A stretch of DNA of 64,000 nucleotides. It comes from Macrostomum lignano. Taxonomy: Eukaryota. The stretch lies in assembly GCA_002269645.1 (NCBI GenBank), contig NIVC01000384.1, positions 372,001 to 436,000 on the forward strand, in the 5' to 3' direction. The notes beneath the pieces were generated by a model. That model was not told the origin of the DNA. It saw only the letters and a list, made by a program, of their open reading frames with translations, and ran no database searches. Of the stretch, positions 13,545 to 26,876 are shown one piece after another (position 1 is the stretch's first letter; each line of letters opens with the position of its first letter). The position numbers were made by a program, and so were the translations under genes.

Positions 13545-15400
13545 ACTAGTGTGAATTATTGGTTGCTACAGTGTAAATCACTTGTAACTATAGTGTGAAT
13601 AATTGTTCACTATAGTGTGAATCTTTGGTTACTACAGTGTGAATCATTGGTTGATATAGTGTGAATCATTGTTACTATAGTGTGAATCATTGGTTACTGT
13701 AGTGTGAATAATTGGTTACTATAGTGTGAATAATTGGTTACTATAGTGTGAATAATTGGTTACTGTAGTGTGAATCATTGGTTACTATAGTGTGAATAAT
13801 TGGTTACTATAGTGTGAATAATTGTTACTATAGTGTGAATAATTGTTACTATAGTGTTAATAATTGTTACTATAGTGTGAATAATTGGTTACTATAGAGT
13901 GAATAATTGTTACTATAGTGTGAATAATTGTTACTATAGTGTTAATAATTGTTGCTATAGTGTGAATAATTGGTTACTATAGTGTGAATAATTGTTACTA
14001 TAGTGTTAATCATTGGTTACTATTGTGTGAATCATTGGTTACTATAGTTTGAATAATGGGTTACTATTGTGTGAATCATCGGTAACTATAGTGTGAATAA
14101 TGGGTTACTATTGTGTGAATAATTGGTTACTATAGTGTTAATAATTGGTTACTATAGTGTGAATAATTGTTACTATAGTGTGAATAATGGGTTACTATTG
14201 TGTGAATAATTGGTTACTATAGTGTGAATAATTGTTACTATAGTGTGAATAATTGGTTACTATAGTGTGAATAATTGTTACTATAGTGTGAATAATTGTT
14301 GCTATAGTGTGAATAATTGGTTACTATAGTGTGAATAATTGGTTACTATAGAGTGAATAATTGTTACTATAGTGTTAATAATTGTTACTATAGTGTGAAT
14401 AATTGGTTACTATAGTGTGAATAATTGGTTACTATAGTGTGAATAATTGTTACTATAGTGTGAATAATTGGTTACTATAGTGTGAATAATTGGTTACTAT
14501 AGTGTGAATAATTGGTTACTATAGTGTGAATAATTGTTACTATAGTGTGAATAATTGGTTACTATAGTGTGAATAATTGGTTACTATAGTGTGAATAATT
14601 GGTTACTATAGTGTGAATAATTGTTACTATAGTGTTAATCATTGGTTACTATAGTGTGAATAATGGGTTACTATTGTGTGAATAATTGGTTACTATTGTG
14701 TGAATCATTGGTTACTATAGTGTGAATAATTGGTTACTATAGTGTGAATAATTGTTACTATAGTGTGAATAATTGGTTACTATAGTGTGAATAATTGGTT
14801 ACTATAGTGTGAATAATTGGTTACTATAGTGTGAATAATTGTTACTATAGTGTTAATCATTGGTTACTATAGTGTGAATAATGGGTTACTATAGTGTGAA
14901 TAATTGGTTACTATTGTGTGAATCATTGGTTACTATAGTGTGAATAATGGGTTACTATTGTGTGAATAATTGGTTACTATAGTGTTAATAATTGGTTACT
15001 ATAGTGTGAATAATTGTTACTATAGTGTGAATAATGGGTTACTATTGTGTGAATAATTGGTTACTATAGTGTGAATAATTGTTACTATAGTGTGAATAAT
15101 TGGTTACTATAGTGTGAATAATTGTTACTATAGTGTGAATAATTGGTTACTATAGTGTGAATAATTGGTTACTATAGTGTGAATAATTGGTTACTGTAGT
15201 GTGAATCATTGGTTACTATAGTGTGAATCATTGGTTACTATAGTGTGAATAATTGGTTACTGTAGTGTGAATAATTGGTTACTATAGTGTGAATAATTGG
15301 TTACTATAGTGTGAATAATTGTTACTATAGTGTGAATTGGTTACTATAGTGTGAATGGGTTACTATAATGTGAATCATTGGTTACTATAGTTTGAATCAT
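13545..15400. repeat. 21-22-bp minisatellite (TTACTATAGTGTGAATAATTGG)n downstream of the ZMYM-like stop codon
   Basis: Direct tandem array of about 1.85 kb. Confidence 0.95.
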
Positions 15401-16558
15401 TTTTTGTAATAGTTGTGGCAATATTGCTATGTACTCAATCAGTAATACTATGTCATTTTATCTCCGGTTCATTCAATTTTGTTTTTTTAATCTCCATTGC
15501 TGACTTGTCTGTTTCCCTCATTCACAATATTTACAACTTAGTTAACTTATAAAATGCATGCAAACCAGTTACTCGTATTGCTTATATAGGCAGCATACTA
15601 TATTTAAAATTACAATGCAAGCTTTTAATCAGTAATTCTAATTAAAATAATGTCACTGTGTTTAAACAGTTATCGTCAATTTAATTTTTTAACATGCCAG
15701 CATTTGTACAAAACCAACGCCCTAAGTTTTCTAAGCAAACAAATTTTATTTTTGTGTTTCTCTTAATTTTACACACGAAATACTCTATACTTTCTACTAC
15801 TAGCAGTAGACTGAGTAGTATAATTAGCGTGTAAGATTGCACTGGGCAATTAGTTAATAGCTGGAGGCGGGGATTCTTCAGCAGCCAATAGCAGCCAGGC
15901 CCGGGTCAGTATTGGCTGCGGCCAAAATGCTAACAGGGCAAAGTGCGAGGAGGGGGTTCGAGCCATGGAATGCTTTTATATAAGCCATATGCACAGATTT
16001 ATTATATTATTATTACATATAGAGGCCAGCAAAAAACCAAGGGCGGATGTAAAGCTTCCATCTGAGATTTCTGAGGCCATTATTAACAGAAGGTGAATCT
16101 GCCTGGCGGCCGAAGCACTACCAGCTGGTTACTGCTGCTGCTGTATTCTGTTTGTTGACACAACAAACCGGACTTGCGGAGGCCTGCTAACCTCTCCTTA
16201 CTTGCATAAATAATAGCGGTCAAGAAGCCCGTTTGCTTCCAGCTCCACTTTTCTTAACCAGCAAACTTAGGAAGACTTTTTTCGACAGCTTTTAATTGGA
16301 TCGGCTTGCTCTCGACTGCCTGCGCCTGTTCCCACCAGACTGCATGCTGCACAGATTTTGGGGAATTCGATCCTTACTGACACTTGCTACAGTTGAATAA
16401 GAAGCTACCGGATAAGCTGATAAGGAAAGTTCATCCTGTGGCGCTGAATTGGATCCGCGTTTCATTCAAGTCTCTTAAATTTATCTGGGTAAGTTGCCTG
16501 GCGATTCATTTTTGAAAATGGGTTTGCTCGTTAAAGAGGTGGCAAAACAGGTAAATTT

Positions 16559-16950
16559 TACAGAGTTGTGTAGAACAGTCCAACAGAGTTGTGTAGAACA
16601 GTCCCACAGAGTTGTGTAGAACAGTCCCACAGAGTTGTGTAGAACAGTCCCATAGAGTTGTGTAGAACAGTCCCATAAAGTTGTGTAGAACAGTCCCATA
16701 TAGTTGTGTAGAACAGTCCCATAAAGTTGTGTAGAACAGTCCCACAGCGTTGTGTAGAACAGTCCCATAGAGTTGTGTAGAACAGTCCCATAGAGTTGTG
16801 TAGAACAGTCCCACAGCGTTGTGTAGAACAGTCCCATAGAGTTGTGTAGAACAGTCCCATAGAGTTGTGTAGAACAGTCCCACAGCGTTGTGTAGAACAG
16901 TCCCATAGAGTTGTGTAGAACAGTCCCATAGAGTTGTGTAGAACAGTCCC
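16559..16950. repeat. 23-bp minisatellite (AGAGTTGTGTAGAACAGTCCCAY)n
   Basis: Tandem array. It gives 23-aa periodic ORFs in all three minus frames. Confidence 0.95.
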
Positions 16951-18375
16951 TTTAATTTTCCCTTATTTCTAATTCTCCCTCCTCATCGTTTTTGAACCGA
17001 ACGCAGTGCTCATTTCTACTTATTAGCTGTCCTGCAAAATAGTTGGCAGGGCAATTTTCGACCGGGAAATTATCATGGTGCATCTTTTATCTTTCAAGGA
17101 GAAAAGAAATTGGTCTCTGCTGGGTGGAGCAGCTGAAAAAGAATTGACTTCAAAGGGTGCTGCTGGTGGGGTTTTTTTCAAAACCCGCGCTCTCCAGTCT
17201 TAATGATAATTGATCCTCGGACTAATTAATGTTTCATTCGGCTGCATGGGGATAGCAGCCACTCTCAGATCCTCAGAATTTAACTGCATGGGGACAATTT
17301 TCCTCTCCTAAAGGAAGCGACAGTCATTGCCTCTACCGGGTATGCATGTATAGATAATCGTTTCTGACACGAGGTTTCTGCGCGTCTTGCCTTCGGAATC
17401 TGTGCCCCGGGTGATGATGCAGCTGTATACAGAAATTGAAGCCGTAAAAGTATGACATGCATACATGTACGAGTATAATTGTATACACGGTCATTTAAAA
17501 ATGAGTGGGACATCATTAAAATTAAATGATTAATATTTAACTAAATTCGGGGCCTTCATCAACTTCTTCCAGTCCAAGTCTCTGGAAAGTCCTTGGTGGC
17601 AGAATCTTAGGCCAGTGGACAGACATGCCTCTGGTCCACATCTGTCAATTTCGGCCAACGAAGGAAAAAATGCTAGTCCAGATCTCTAGAAGGTCCTTGG
17701 CGGTAAAATTTGAAAGTCAGACTCGAAGAGCAAGTGCAAGTGAGAATTTAATGGAGCTGTGGATAGACGATGGGTTAGAATTAATTAGTTTAGTAAGCAT
17801 AAACCCTTCAGAAAGTTAATCTAACTAATAGAGCAGTCATTAGCTCGTGAGCGATTTATTGTTGCCCAACTAAAAAAGGATCTTTAATTGTTGGCCAAGT
17901 CTTCTTCCCCAGTGTTCAAGTTTTTGGCATTTTTAAGTTTGGCACTTAACGGAGCGCGGGATGTTTTCTTATAAATTTCTATTTTAGAAGCACTCCAGCG
18001 GCTTATAGCTGTCCTTGAGCTCACTTGGCTTGAGCTTGGCTCAAGTGCCAACGGCTGATGCTGCAGTGGAGTGCAGCTGCTATGCTCTTCATCTTCTTGC
18101 AGTTCAGTGGCTTCTTTCTTTTCTTCTTTTACGCATTATTTCTTTACGGCCGCGCTCGGCGGGTGGGGAATTTCCTGTGCTTTCAATTGCCCAGGAGAAA
18201 AACGGTTGGGGGGGGGGGTGGCGGCTGCGGAGACCGCCGCTCCCAACTGCTCAAAGTCAGATTGACAGTCTACAAGCGGAGTTTTGGGGAGGGACGTCAG
18301 TCAGCCAATGGCCACAATGGACCTCCTTTGCTCCTTTGTCTGGGTGTGTGCGAGTGAGTAAATGAGCGCGTGAAT

Positions 18376-18832
18376 TAGTGAGTGAGTGAGTGAGTGAGTG
18401 AGTGAGTGAGTGAGTGAGTGAGTGAGTGAGTGAATGAATGAATGAGTGAGTGAGTGAGTGAGTGAGTGAGTGAGTGAGTGAGTGAGTGAATGAATGAATG
18501 AGTGAGTGAGTGAGTGAGTGAATGAGTGAGTGAGTGAGTGAGTGAGTGAGTGAGTGAATGAGTGAGTTAGTGAGTGAGTGAGTGAGTGAGTGAATGAGTG
18601 AGTGAGTGAGTGAGTGAGTGAGTGAGTGAATGAGTGAGTGAGTGAGTGAGTGAATGAGTGAGTGAGTAAGTGAGTGAGTGAGTGAGTGAGTGAGTGAGTG
18701 AGTGAGTGAGTGAATGAATGAGTGAGTGAGTGAGTGAGTGAGTGAGTGAGTGAGCGAGCGAGCGCGTGAATGAGTGAGTAAGTGAGTGAGTGAATGAGTG
18801 AGTGAGTGAGTGAGCGAGTAAGTGAGTGAGCG
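18376..18832. repeat. (GAGT)n tetranucleotide microsatellite
   Basis: Seen directly. Confidence 0.95.
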
Positions 18833-18887
18833 AGTTGGCATCACAACGGACTTTTCCATTCTGTCACAACAGCATTTCTACTGTCTC

Positions 18888-19200
18888 TAACTACAGTATC
18901 TCCAGTCTGTAACTACAGTATCTCCAGTCTGTAACTACAGCATTTCCAGTCTGTAACTACAGCATTTCCAGTCTGTAACTACAGTATCTCCAGTCTGTAA
19001 CTACAGTATCTCCAGTCTGTAACTACAGTTTTTCCTGGTCTGTAACTACAGTATCTCCAGTCTGTAACTACAGTATCTCAGTCTGTAACTACAGTATCTC
19101 CAGTCTGTAACTACAGTATCTCAGTCTGTAACTACAGTATCTCCAGTCTGTAACTACAGTAGCTCCAGTCTGTAACTACAGCATTTCTGGTCTGTAACTG
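18888..19200. repeat. 22-bp minisatellite (CTGTAACTACAGTATCTCCAGT)n
   Basis: Tandem array. Confidence 0.92.
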
Positions 19201-19781
19201 AACAGACCCTCGACAGTCTGTCACTACAGTGTTTCAACCATCACAACAGCATATTTTATTACAGCACTCTCTATTGCTGTACAGCACTACAGCACTTCCC
19301 CAGCCTGTAAGCTACTGAAATTCGAGGAAAGAAAACCCACAGAGACTACGATTTTAGGAAAAAAACCAACCTCTTTCCGAAGCAAATTTAAATCGTCGCA
19401 GAAATATTCCAATTCCCATAAAAAAGTCAATCCTCGAAAAGTGGAAGCTTTTAATGTTACCCAAAATTCTCCCATGTATTCGATGCCAGTTTTTTGGGGC
19501 AGGTTCGAAGACTGTGCAGGAACTGCTAATCCAGACGCACTAAGGAGGAAGTTCGCGGCTCCTTGTTGCCATGCGGAATTAGAAACATAAAAAACTGCTG
19601 CATAAAGCTCGAGAGAAATTAAAAATTAGAAGCTTCCTTCATCGAATCGCTTCATCAGAGAACCGGGTTAGCAACCGCGTGGCTCGCGGCTGGATTTCGG
19701 GTCAAAACGTTTATAGAGGCATAATTCCTTGACTTCTGTGCATTACTCCTCTCTGGGTTCAGGTATGCCGCTCCGTACGCC

Positions 19782-20460
19782 CTACTCTCTAATTCCCTAC
19801 TCTCTGATTCCTTACTCTCTGATTCCCTACTCTCTAACTCCCTGCTCTCTAATTCCCTACTCTCTAATTCCCTACTCTCTAATTCCCTACTCTCCAATTC
19901 CCTCCTCTCTAACTCCCTGCTCTCTAATTTCCTACTCTCTCTAATTCCCTCCTCTCTAATTCCCTCCTCTCTAATTCCCTCCTCTCTAATTCCCTCCTCT
20001 CTAATTCCCTCCTCTCTAATTCCCTCCTCTCTAATTCCCTCCTCTCTAATTCCCTCCTCTCTAATTCCCTCCTCTCTAATTCCCTCCTCTCTAATTCCCT
20101 CCTCTCTAATTCCCTCCTCTTTATTTCTCTAATCTCTAATTCCCTACTCTCTAATTCCCTCCTCTCTAAATCCCTGCTCTCTAATTCCCCACTCTCTAAT
20201 TCCCTACTCTCTAATTACCTACTCTCTAATTACAGGCTACTCTCTAATTCCATACTCTCTAAATCCCTACTCTCTAATTCCCCATTCTTTAATTCCCTAC
20301 AATCTAATTCCCTACTCTCTAATTCTCGACCATTTAATTATCTACTCTCTAATTCCCTACTCTTTAACTCCCTACTCTCTAATTCCCCACTCTCTAATTC
20401 CCTGCTCTCTAATTCCCTACTCCCTGATTCCATAATGCCTAATTACCTACTTACTAATTC
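19782..20460. repeat. 15-bp minisatellite (CTACTCTCTAATTCC)n
   Basis: Tandem array, degenerating toward the 3' end. Confidence 0.92.
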
Positions 20461-21436
20461 CTCACTGCCTAATTCCTTAATTCCCTAATGACCAATTCTC
20501 TGAGTCACTCATATCTTTCTCTTTAATCTCTATGTGTCCATAAAAAATATCTAAATGAACATTAATTCCTCATTATCTAATGCCACCAAATTCTTCAACT
20601 GCTGGTGCCCAGTCCTAATGTTGCTAATTTGTTAGTCATTAAGTATCTTGCTAAATATTAAAAAAATCATTAACTTCAAAAATAATTTGATAGAACTAAT
20701 TATTTGGCGGCCATTCATTTGGTGCTTGTGTGCTCAAAAATAATTTTTGGGCCAGCCCCCCAAGTCACAGAGACTGTACATGCCTCAAAAAAAAGTCGCA
20801 TAAAAATCAGCAATCTATTCAGCAACAAAAGAAGCAGCTCTTTTAGTTCTGGGAGCAAAGCCAGGAAATGAGCAAAGCCCCATTGGAGCGGGTCCCTATG
20901 CTCGGCGACCAGCCGAGGCTGTAAATCTTGTGTCTTCTCTCTTCAATATATATATTTTTCAATCTAATGCCGTATATATAATCGTATGGATTAACAATCA
21001 GGCTTTATAGTTTCAAATAAAGAACAGCACTGGGCAACCTTATTCTATATTAGGAGGATCAGGCATCAGGGCTGTCAAATCCTCGTGGTTCTCGTGGTCC
21101 CGCACTTCCTTCTCAGCTCAGCTCACTCTCTAGCTTACAGGAGTCCTCTCCCCTTACATCCGGTAGGCCCCAGGCGGGTGCCCTAGCGGCGCTTCAGCCG
21201 CCCTTTCCCCCCTCTCTCTCTTTCTCTACACTTTTTTCTCTTTTCTTCTAGCTGGAAATTCTTCTTTCTAGTTTTCTTTCGCGCCGATAGAAGAGTGTGT
21301 AGATGTGAGGGGATTTCCTCTCTTGTAAGCTCCGCAGCTGCGGCACCTTTGTGCTCCCGGATCCGCTCTGGTGGAGCCGCGCGCTGCGATGGGCAAGGAG
21401 ATCTTGAAGCAGAATCTGGGTACCCGAACCAGCCCC

Positions 21437-21705
21437 AAACTTCACAATCCCCAATCTGCACAACCCACAATATTCACAATCCCCAATCTGCACAACCCAC
21501 AAACTTCACAACCCTTAATCTTCACAACCCACAATCTTCACAACCCACAATCTTCACAATCCCCAATATACACAACCCACAAAGTTTAAAAAACCAAACT
21601 TCACAACCCCCAAACTTCACAACCCCTAAACTTCACAACTCCAAACTTCACAACCCTCAAACTTCACAACCTCCAAACATCACAACCCCAAACTTCACAA
21701 CCCCA
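21437..21705. repeat. Degenerate tandem repeat, about 16 bp (CTTCACAACCCCCAAA-like)
   Basis: Recurring CACAACCC/CTTCACAA units. Confidence 0.8.
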
Positions 21706-22251
21706 CGCAGTTGTGCAGACACGCAGTTGGTGGGGCCTTAAAGGAAATCATTGCAACGAGAGCGCTCGCAAGGTCGCCGATCTTGTGTCCGAAAATGGGA
21801 ATTCAGTTGAAGGGAGCTGGCACTTAAAGATCTCCATGCCTTCTAAGCAGGATGGCGCCCGTTGTTAAGCGAGAAGTTTCATGGCCGCAATGAATTGACA
21901 CTGGGAAGGCTGCGGTCTATCACTCACTCATCCGGGATCCTGGGGGGGGGATGCGATTGCCGGCCATTGAATGGAGAGAGCTTGGGTGAGTGAAGGCGGC
22001 ATCAATGGGATCCCGCGGAACACACGGTTTCCTGAAGCATGTGTGGCCTCTAGAAGTTCTCTGCTCTTAGCTTGTTTCTTTCTATGATACCCATGATGAA
22101 ATGGGGGGCTTACTTCTGGTTGTGTTAATCGGTTTGCAGTCAGAATACACGATTCAAAGAGTCCCATGGATACTCATGGAATGCATCGAAAAAATAGTGC
22201 AAATTAATGTAGAATGTCATTCGTTTTTACATGGTCGTAGCCAGGTGCCCC

Positions 22252-22861
22252 TTGATGCTAAAGCCCCTTGGTGCTAAAGCCCCTTGGTGCTAAAGCCCCT
22301 TGGTGCTAAAGCCCCTTGGTGCTAAAGCCCCTTGGTGCTAAAGCCCCTTGGTGCTAAAGCCCCTTGGTGCTAAAGCCCCTTGGTGCTAAAGCCCCTTGGT
22401 GCTAAAGCCCCTTGGTGCTAAAGCCCCTTGGTGCTAAAGCCCCTTGGTGCTAAAGCCCCTTGGTGCTAAAGCCCCTTGGTGCTAAAGCCCCTTGGTGCTA
22501 AAGCCCCTTGGTGCTAAAGCCCCTTGGTGCTAAAGCCCCTTGGTGCTAAAGCCCCTTGGTGCTAAAGCCCCTTGGTGCTAAAGCCCCTTGGTGCTAAAGC
22601 CCCTTGGTGCTAAAGCCCCTTGGTGCTAAAGCCCCTTGGTGCTAAAGCCCCTTGGTGCTAAAGCCCCTTGGTGCTAAAGCCCCTTGGTGCTAAAGCCCCT
22701 TGGTGCTAAAGCCCCTTGGTGCTAAAGCCCCTTGGTGCTAAAGCCCCTTGGTGCTAAAGCCCCTTGGTGCTAAAGCCCCTTGGTGCTAAAGCCCCTTGGT
22801 GCTAAAGCCCCTTGGTGCTAAAGCCCCTTGGTGCTAAAGCCCCTTGGTGCTAAAGCCCCTT
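22252..22861. repeat. 16-bp minisatellite (GGTGCTAAAGCCCCTT)n, left part
   Basis: Near-perfect tandem array. It resumes in register at 25784. Confidence 0.97.
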
Positions 22862-25783
22862 CCCAGTGAAAAAAATGATATGGATTCCATGTGGATTTTT
22901 CATATGAAATCCATATGTGCATTTGTCTCCGTCCATCCATGTGGAATCAAGATATGGATTCCACATGGAAGATCCATATGGAAGTAATTATGTATTTCAC
23001 ATAGAATCCACATTGTCATTGAATAAGCAGCCATTATACTGGTTGCCATAATAAATTGTTGCATCCTAAATCTCAAAATAATACCAGATCTCAAAATTTC
23101 ATACGAACCCCAGATCTCAATACCATATAAAAGAAACTGAAACACAGATAAAACACTAGCTATAGCCAAAAATATTTCTGCACAAAAATTCAAAATTCAA
23201 TATTCAATATTCAAAAACGATGTAAGGTGTATTTATGTACAGTAGTGAGTCACTGGCACACAAAGAATAAACACACTGATGTAAATATTGATATCTTTAG
23301 AGTTGCACTGCGCATATGATATAATATATAATTTGAAATTGACATTGTCAATAGCATTAATTAACAATAATATAATGCATCAGAATTAGAACAGTCAGAA
23401 ACATGCTGCTGCCAATTGCCAGAATGCTGCTTCTTCAGGTCAGGTGAGCAACCTTAGAAAAGAAAGGGGTTAAATTACAGAATTTTATAACAGATTGATG
23501 ACAGATTTTGTAATAGATTTTGATAGATTTTGATGACAGAAAAAAATAAGTTTATAACTAAAACTTACCATTGCTTCACAAAAGGTAGCATTTGAGATAT
23601 TAAATTCAAATTCCAAGTAGCTTTGCAAGCTTCTTCAAATGCAAGACCAAGGTGACATCCAAGTTTGAGGATGGGTCATGTAATGTTAGGCTGAAATGAA
23701 ATAGAAAAATAATTGTTGCCAATTAAGATTGATAAATAATATTTATATAATTCATAAAACTAATTTAATGATGAATACTTATAAAATAAAATAAAGTTTA
23801 TTTTAAAATTAACTAGGCCTAAGTCCTAGGTTTATTTTTTAAGCGCAAAGTGTGCATATGCACCCTAAATTTAAAAATTGCACCTTGAAAATTGAAATTA
23901 AAAAGTTGATGATACAGTTTAGGTGTGATCTCATTACCTATTTTTCTGTTGAAGCCTTTTTTGCACTGCCTTTATATAAGAAAAAAGAGAAACTGCATTT
24001 TAAGCCTTAAAATCATAAAACCCTAAAAGTGAGCATAGGGTATGATTTTGCACCTTGTCTCTAGCAAAAAAGAAAACCCTACCCAAGTCAATCAATAAAA
24101 TTAAATTAATAAAATTAAAATAATAAGTACAAAAAATTAATATATGTTTCTATAAATTTAATTTTTTATTTTAAAATTGATTTTAGACTATAAAGTATTT
24201 AGGCAAAGCAATGCATGTTTTTTTTATATTTGCAGGCCTATTATGATTAAAAGGGGGGCTGTAGCCAAGCGGTAGCACAGCTGCTCTGGTGTGCCAGCGA
24301 CCTAGGCTCGATTCTAAGTGCAGTCACATTAATTTGAGGCTGAATTGGAATCTTGGCTTGGCTCTCTGCTTGTGCAATTAATGGCCTTGAGAGCCAACCC
24401 CCAAGGCACAGTGAAGTATACATGCCTAACAATAAATAAAGTTAGGGCCACTGTACACTCCTATGTAAATGTGCCTGCATACGTATCCGCACGCTTGTGT
24501 GCCTGCTCAAGGGAGTTAATGGAATGGGCAGCAATGCCTCTCGCCAGTTGTATGCCTATGTCGCTTAACGTGTGCCAGGGTGCACACAACCCCCTGCCTC
24601 TAATAAAAAAAAATAGTATGATGAAACATTAGGCCTAATCTTAAAAGCTATGCCCTATAGCTATTAAATTCTAGACTTGGCCTAAATCAGATCAAATTTA
24701 CAATAATCATTATTTATTTATAATAGCAACCTTAGGGATCTGCTAGGCTAGCTATGCCAAAAACAGGTTGCAAGTGTAATTGCAAAGAATTATTTATAAT
24801 GATTAATATTATTGTTTTTAAAAATGCAACAAGTCTAAAAGACGCTAACAGGCTTTTTTGAAGAAAATCATAAATGAATAGATTTTTAACAGATTAACTA
24901 GATTGACTAGTCACAATTCACAAAGTCAAGCTAGTCTTAACCTTAATTAAAATAGAAGGACCTAAATTGATAGTTATAGGCCTAGGCCTAGCTTAAAATA
25001 GGCCTAATAAGCATACATAAATAGATAAGACTAATAGGTAGGACTAAGAGGAAATTATGAACTTCTAAAGGACTATTTAAGTTTAAAAAATGAGTAGCCA
25101 ATCTATGGACATGGCCATGGGATTCCTAGAAATTGGATAAGCCTAAATAAATTTATCATGGATGGATTTTACCAAAAGTATTAGGCCTATCTATGATGAA
25201 ATACTGATTTATCTAATTTCTAATCCCATGGAGGCCATGGCCTTATAAGTTATTGCCTATAGGCTACGTCTACTAAAATTTTTAAGGTGCTTAAATAGCC
25301 ATAAACAAGGCAATTTATCTTTCAAGGCCTTGAACCAAGACATTGACGAATATAAAATAAAATAAATTTAATTTTAAAAAGCACGAAACGTTTTTTATTG
25401 TTCACTTCTATTTTGTCTATTTTAACAAACAGTATCTTATTTTCTGATTATAATTTAGCTTTAAGATATTAATTTTTACTTAAAAGCATATAAATATAAT
25501 AATTAATTATATTAATTTCATAAAAACGTCTTAATGTGGTGTATCACAGTTTTTTTATCGAAGTGGATTCCATGTTGAATCAATATACGCTTATTTCTCA
25601 TGAATTCCTTGTAAAATCCACATCAACATTAGGACAGTAAAAATTAAAAAATAGTGCATAAAAAATACTTTGCATACCATTATGTCATCTTTAAGTCATT
25701 AATTTGCAAAAATTAAAGAAACATTTAAATTCCACATGGCCACGTGGAACCCACGTGGAATCCATGAATCATTTTTCACTGGG
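22862..25783. mobile_element. Non-autonomous DNA transposon with CCC termini and a 2-bp TSD (animal CACTA/CMC-like), 2.9 kb
   Basis: Left end CCCAGTGAAAAAAATGATATGGATTCCATGTGG. Right end reverse complement CCCAGTGAAAAATGATTCATGGATTCCACGTGG. TSD is TT (CCCCTT|element|TTGGTG). Subterminal TGGATTCCA repeats. No transposase ORF seen. Confidence 0.82.
24255..24430 (+). mobile_element. tRNA-derived SINE-like element
   Basis: A-box-like TAGCCAAGCGG (24262), B-box-like GGCTCGATTC (about 24305), body motif CCCCCAAGGCACAG..TACATGCCT and an A-rich tail. The body motif recurs elsewhere in the window. Confidence 0.5.
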
Positions 25784-26001
25784 TTGGTGCTAAAGCCCCT
25801 TGGTGCTAAAGCCCCTTGGTGCTAAAGCCCCTTGGTGCTAAAGCCCCTTGGTGCTAAAGCCCCTTGGTGCTAAAGCCCCTTGGTGCTAAAGCCCCTTGGT
25901 GCTAAAGCCCCTTGGTGCTAAAGCCCCTTGGTGCTAAAGCCCCTTGGTGCTAAAGCCCCTTGGTGCTAAAGCCTCTTGGTGCTAAAGCCCCTTGGTGCTA
26001 A
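25784..26001. repeat. 16-bp minisatellite (GGTGCTAAAGCCCCTT)n, right part
   Basis: Continuation of the 22252-22861 array after the transposon. Confidence 0.97.
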
Positions 26002-26283
26002 AGAACACATTTGATGAAGCCAAGTCTTTTAATTTTCTTTGAAAGCAGTAACCTGAGCCACGGAGCATGACGCCGGGAATTATGCAACAAAGCTTCTCCT
26101 TTACTATTTGAGCTTGGCAGGTTCTTTGTGAGAAATTTGCTTTTGAGGCCAATGAGGCCAAGCTCATCAAGAATATTGCACTGCAGTGCAGTGTTTCTTT
26201 CTTTTTAAGGTTTTATAGCTGTCCATCATTCTTGGTTGTTTGTCTCCGTTAATTTTTTTTCTGAATGCGAAACAAAAGATTAT

Positions 26284-26876
26284 CTGTCTAACAGGACACT
26301 TTCCTGTCTAACAGGACACTTTCCTGTCTAACAGGACACTTTCCTGTCTAACAGGACACTTTCTTGTCTAACAGGACACTTTCCTGTCTAACAGGACACT
26401 TTCTTGTCTAACAGGACACTTTCTTGTCTAACAGGACACTTTCTTGTCTAACAGGACACTTTCTTGTCTAACAGGACACTTTCCTGTCTAACAGGACACT
26501 TTCTTGTCTAACAGGACACTTTTCTATCTAACAGGACACTTTCCTGTCTAACAGGACACTTTCCTGTCTAACAGGACCCTTTCCTGTCTAACAGGACACT
26601 TTCCTGTCTAACAGGACCCTTTCCTGTCTAACAGGACACTTTCCTGTCTAACAGGACCCTTTCCTGTCTAACAGGACCCTTTCCTGTCTAACAGGACCCT
26701 TTCCTGTCTAACAGGACCCTTTCCTGTCTAACAGGACACTTTCCTGTCTAACAGGACACTTTCCTGTCTAACAGGACCCTTTCCTGTCTAACAGGACACT
26801 TTCCTGTCTAACAGGACCCTTTCCTGTCTAACAGGACACTTTCCTGTCTAACAGGACCCTTTCCTGTCTAACAGGA
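26284..26876. repeat. 20-bp minisatellite (TGTCTAACAGGACACTTTCC)n
   Basis: Tandem array. Each unit contains the inverted repeat TCCTGT-CTA-ACAGGA. Confidence 0.95.

Noticed and set aside
17580-17730. LRR-like ILPPRTF motifs on the minus strand
   Set aside because: Two short motifs 104 nt apart, out of frame, with stops and no splice support.
24255-24328. Functional tRNA gene
   Set aside because: Arms pair poorly, the B box is degenerate, and it continues into a dispersed repeat body, so a SINE head fits better.
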